A program made the position numbers and the translations under genes. From the NCBI RefSeq assembly GCF_006345805.1, contig NW_021836868.1, forward strand, positions 1 through 36,810: DNA of 36,810 bases. The letters are read 5' to 3'. Below are positions 33,269-36,810 of the stretch, piece after piece. The stretch's first letter is position 1. Every line of letters starts with the position of its first letter. The notes below the pieces were generated by a model. That model did not search any database. It worked only from the letters and a program-made list of their open reading frames with translations, and was not told the DNA's origin. The DNA is from Octopus sinensis (Eukaryota).

Positions 33269-35100
33269 TCATTGAGAACGTGCGAAGCTGTAAAGACGTG
33301 TTTTTGAAGCCGTCTTAAATTGAATATTTTTGAAACTCAGCTGTAAGGTAAGACATCTTTGGGGGTCTAGTGGGGGCCTGTTGTCTGCCACAATTATTGT
33401 TTACAAACAAGACGTCCTCACTGGATTCTAGTCTACCTGTAGCTGAGTGAATATTTTTTCACTTAACTGTGAAAATTATTGTTTTTGTGGGCGTATCCTG
33501 CCGCAAAATTTTGTTTGAGAATCGTGTTTGTCCAGGAATAACTCTGGGAATTTTTAGAAAAGATTTCAACAATATTGTTCCTGTTAAGGAGTTCCTATGA
33601 GAAGAAAATTTGAATGATTTGCGTTAAAATTTTGGCCTGGAGTACCGAGTGGCCTTTGCTGTGTTTTGAACTGCTGCTCTCTCTTCGTCTCTCTTTTATT
33701 TAAAAAAGACTCTTTATTGAACTTTTAATTTTTTCTCCTTTTTTGTTTGGGCTTTTTCTCTTAATTATTTTGTATTTTATGAAGTGTTTTTTGGACATTT
33801 TTATAAAACAAACATGGCAAAGAACAATGGAAAGTTGGTGGAGTGGGAATTTATACTACCCAAAAGATGATTAAAAGAACTTGAATGTAAGACGGTGGTT
33901 TTGAGGACCTACTCTATGACCCTCGACGCCATTCAAACAATATAATCGAAAGAGACATGGCAGAATTTAAGCCAGCTATTAAGTTTATCACTCGGAAGGT
34001 CAAATATGCAACCGTGTGGTTGATGTTTGACTCCCCAGAAATGGATTGTGAATTTGCGTGCCAGCTCATGGAAGGCAATGAAATTTTACTTCTTCCCACT
34101 TTTTGTGGGAAGAAGTTGACGAGGGCTTGGGTTTGCGGCTTTCCACCCGGTGCTGAGCCCGTGTGGATAGGAGATAATATCCGCCGGAGTCTGGGTGGCA
34201 GTAGCACCAAGCTCTTCAATGTAAATATTCTGCCTGCGGCTTACTGGGAGGGGTTAAAAGCTGTTTTGACCCTCTGGACCAAGTCAGCCGAAAGTCTGGT
34301 ATTTCCAGAATTTTTGAGAATCGGCTGGTCCAAGTATCCGGTGATGCTTGAGGAAGCCCCCCTCCAAGTTTTATCGGTACCTGGAGCCTGGCCATATAAA
34401 AAAGAACTGTCCTCAAGGGCAAAGCAAAATCCTGGAGCGGTTAACGGAGACTTCTGTAGAAGAAGGAATGCAGGCGGCCGAAGAGACAGAGGATGACTCA
34501 AAGAAGAGCCGCAAAAGGAAGAAGGTGAGTAATAATGGGTGCTCACCGAAGGAGTCTGGGAATGCGGGAGGGGAGGCACATGTTCCGGTCACGGACGAGA
34601 TGCACCCTCCCCCATTCAAGAAGAAAATAGAGGAAGAAGAGAAACGGGATATTGCCGACAGTTGGAGACATGGAGCCTAATCGGTGGGGTCGTGCCACTG
34701 GCGGGGTGGCGTGGGTAGACACACTTGGTAAGAATTGTTCCGCCAATGGTAGGATTGACTACCTCGTAACCGGAGGAGAAAGAACTGCTGTTCTTCTGTT
34801 ATAGAGGGGGAGTGGTGGAATGGTGGTGGTAGAACACTACAAGGGAGAACCTTTGGCCTTCGCACAATAACCCGAATGGCCTCCGCAGATGGCTGTAGAG
34901 TTCATAACGTTGCGCATGTTTCATAGGCTGGGGGGACTAAAAGAGGAATATCGCTCGTGGCCGGGTGACGCCAACTCGGAGCATGCTTTGATTTTAAAGC
35001 TAGCATGGGCGATGGTGGAGTACACGTACACAAGCGATGAAGAGGATTGACAAGAGTTGAAAATTCCCAGTGTTATAATGTGTAAGAAGTTAAGAGATAA
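33269..35100 (+). mobile_element. Putative Tx1/L1-type 5' UTR + ORF1 pseudogene (no ORF2)
   Basis: Frameshifted ORF from ATG at about 33815; RRM-like ATVWLMFDS and RAWVCGFPP; degenerate knuckle FYRYLEPGHIKKNCP; basic/acidic tail SKKSRKRKK. Confidence 0.6.
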
Positions 35101-35250
35101 AAAGGGAAGCTAGAGAAATGGTGGTAGTGGTTGTGGGTGTGGTGGAGTAAGTATTTTAAATCCCCTATCACTTAACGCATGATCAGAAATGCAATTCCAT
35201 GAAATATTCACACTTATATACAGTGTCATATGTTCGGCGTATATATATAT
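35095..35250. repeat. Second copy of the repeat end at about 9100-9290
   Basis: Shared CCCCTATCACTTAAC, AAATATTCACACTTA and TACAGTGTCATATGT motifs. Confidence 0.6.
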
Positions 35251-35344
35251 TACAATTATATATATATATTATAATGAAAGTACCAGGAGTGTAAATGTAC
35301 AATTGCGAAAGTGTTAACTACACTTCAGAAGAAGGGATTATATA

Positions 35345-36810
35345 AGGGGTTACACTTTTTCCACAAGCAATGAAATTGCTGCAACGTGAAAACAGAGACA
35401 TTCTTGTCTATCCATGGAATACACCTGCAGAGCGAATCGCGTAGACATTGTGCCATCTAGTCTCAATGAGTTATCCACTTCTATTCCCTCATGGAATGTC
35501 CGGATGGCACTGTAAGATTCTATATGTGGCGAAACGCAGGACATCCGCTCGCAGACGACTCACGATGTAATTTAGGGTTGCTGATTGCAGTAACTTGGGG
35601 TCCATCAGGCCCAGTTGCTCGTAGAGCAGTACAGTGGACTTATGGACTACCTGAAGAGAGGAGCTTTGAAGAAGTGAGCACTGTAGGAGGTGAAATCTAA
35701 GCAAGATTTAAAGATGCGTACATATGACTTGGTCTTCTCCAAACTTATGTGATGTTGGAACATGCCATACTAAAGGTGCTGCATATCGGATGGCATTTCG
35801 GCCGCGTATCACGTTTGTTGTACTTTGCACCTATTCAAATCCTTCAAATGTTCTTCGCCTGAGGAACACTCACAAGAATACCATGATGGTAGATTATGCT
35901 CAGCGAGGTTTGAATGCATACTCTACACTCTATAAATTCTATGCAAATTGAAAATGGCATTAGAGGTCTTAATATTGGCTTGTCTGAACCAGTTCGAGTG
36001 TAACGGGTAGGGCATAAACATGACATGAACCACCCCGGCATTGCAACCGTTACCGATGAACAGAGAGTGATCGCTGATGCAGTCATTGAAGACAGTTGAT
36101 AAGAAAAGGTGAGGTGAGGTGCTGGAATGTTCCTGCTTCTATGCAGAGGTTCCTGGAGGTTGGGACAAGAATTACATATTTAATACGCTGATCTCACATC
36201 TACGAAGGAGAAACTATCAAGTGGTGCGTGCAGAAGCATAGCTTCAACATTGATGTCTGGTGGAGGGACGGTGCACAGTTTGCTCAAATTTCCCGTTCCT
36301 CTGTTGGAAACTAGCTTTTGCAGTGTACCACCCGTCTCTGACCAGAAATTATTTGAGAAATTTGTATTTGATCATTATAGATGAGGCTTCCATGATCCCT
36401 CTTTATGCTTTTCCTGCTAATGACAAAGCTCTGAAAGAAATCACTGGCAACAATGAAGGTTTCGGTTGAAAAGTTGTGCTCATTGGTAGAGACTACAAGC
36501 AAGTTCTGCCAATATTGCCAAGGGAACTCGTGAGGCAGTAATTCAGATCTCCATTAAGAACTCTCCTCTGGTTACACTTCAGACATTTATATGTTGAGCC
36601 AAAATAGAGCAGTAATAGATCGAAGACATTCGCAACATGGCCACAACACCTTGATAATTGTTCCGCAGCTCTTATGCAAGATCCAGGTGAGTCAGTGATG
36701 TAAACGTGCTATGTGATTCATGCTTTAATGGGTCGCTGATAAATGATGCTTTTTGGCAATGCCCTCAAGAACAAAGAACAAGTAGAGTGATCCTCTCACC
36801 AAAAGGTTCA
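35345..36810 (+). pseudogene. Helitron RepHel pseudogene (Rep deleted; Pif1 helicase motifs), runs off the window end
   Basis: LLVEQYSGLMDYL fused to SFEEVSTVGGEI; GGRTVHSLLKFPVP; LIIIDEASMIP (Walker B); VVLIGRDYKQVLPI (motif III); 35660-36150 homologous to 16530-17030. Confidence 0.9.

Overview
AT-rich, microsatellite-dense eukaryotic DNA. The SINE, LINE and microsatellite repertoire looks like an octopod cephalopod (recognition, not a database result). I found no host gene exon. The window is almost entirely decayed and nested transposons: tRNA-derived SINEs, CR1, RTE and Tx1/L1 LINE pieces, Penelope-like elements (PLEs; RT + GIY-YIG), a Gypsy LTR element inside a Helitron, other Helitron pieces, mariner/maT remnants and a 965-bp foldback with apparently perfect 227-bp arms. 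Most ORFs in the supplied track are microsatellite or minisatellite artefacts. The strongest unexplained signal is at RNA level: seven type-I hammerhead-ribozyme (HHR)-like motifs plus one half-motif. They include apparent compensatory variants of the core 3-8 pair (C3-G8, U3-A8, A3-U8) and two with long insertions in helix II. Most are followed by an AATAAA-like signal, and two sets sit in back-to-back inverted non-coding elements. A Tx1-like LINE also sits inside a (GATA)n microsatellite. All alignments and folds were done by eye; coordinates of decayed elements are approximate.
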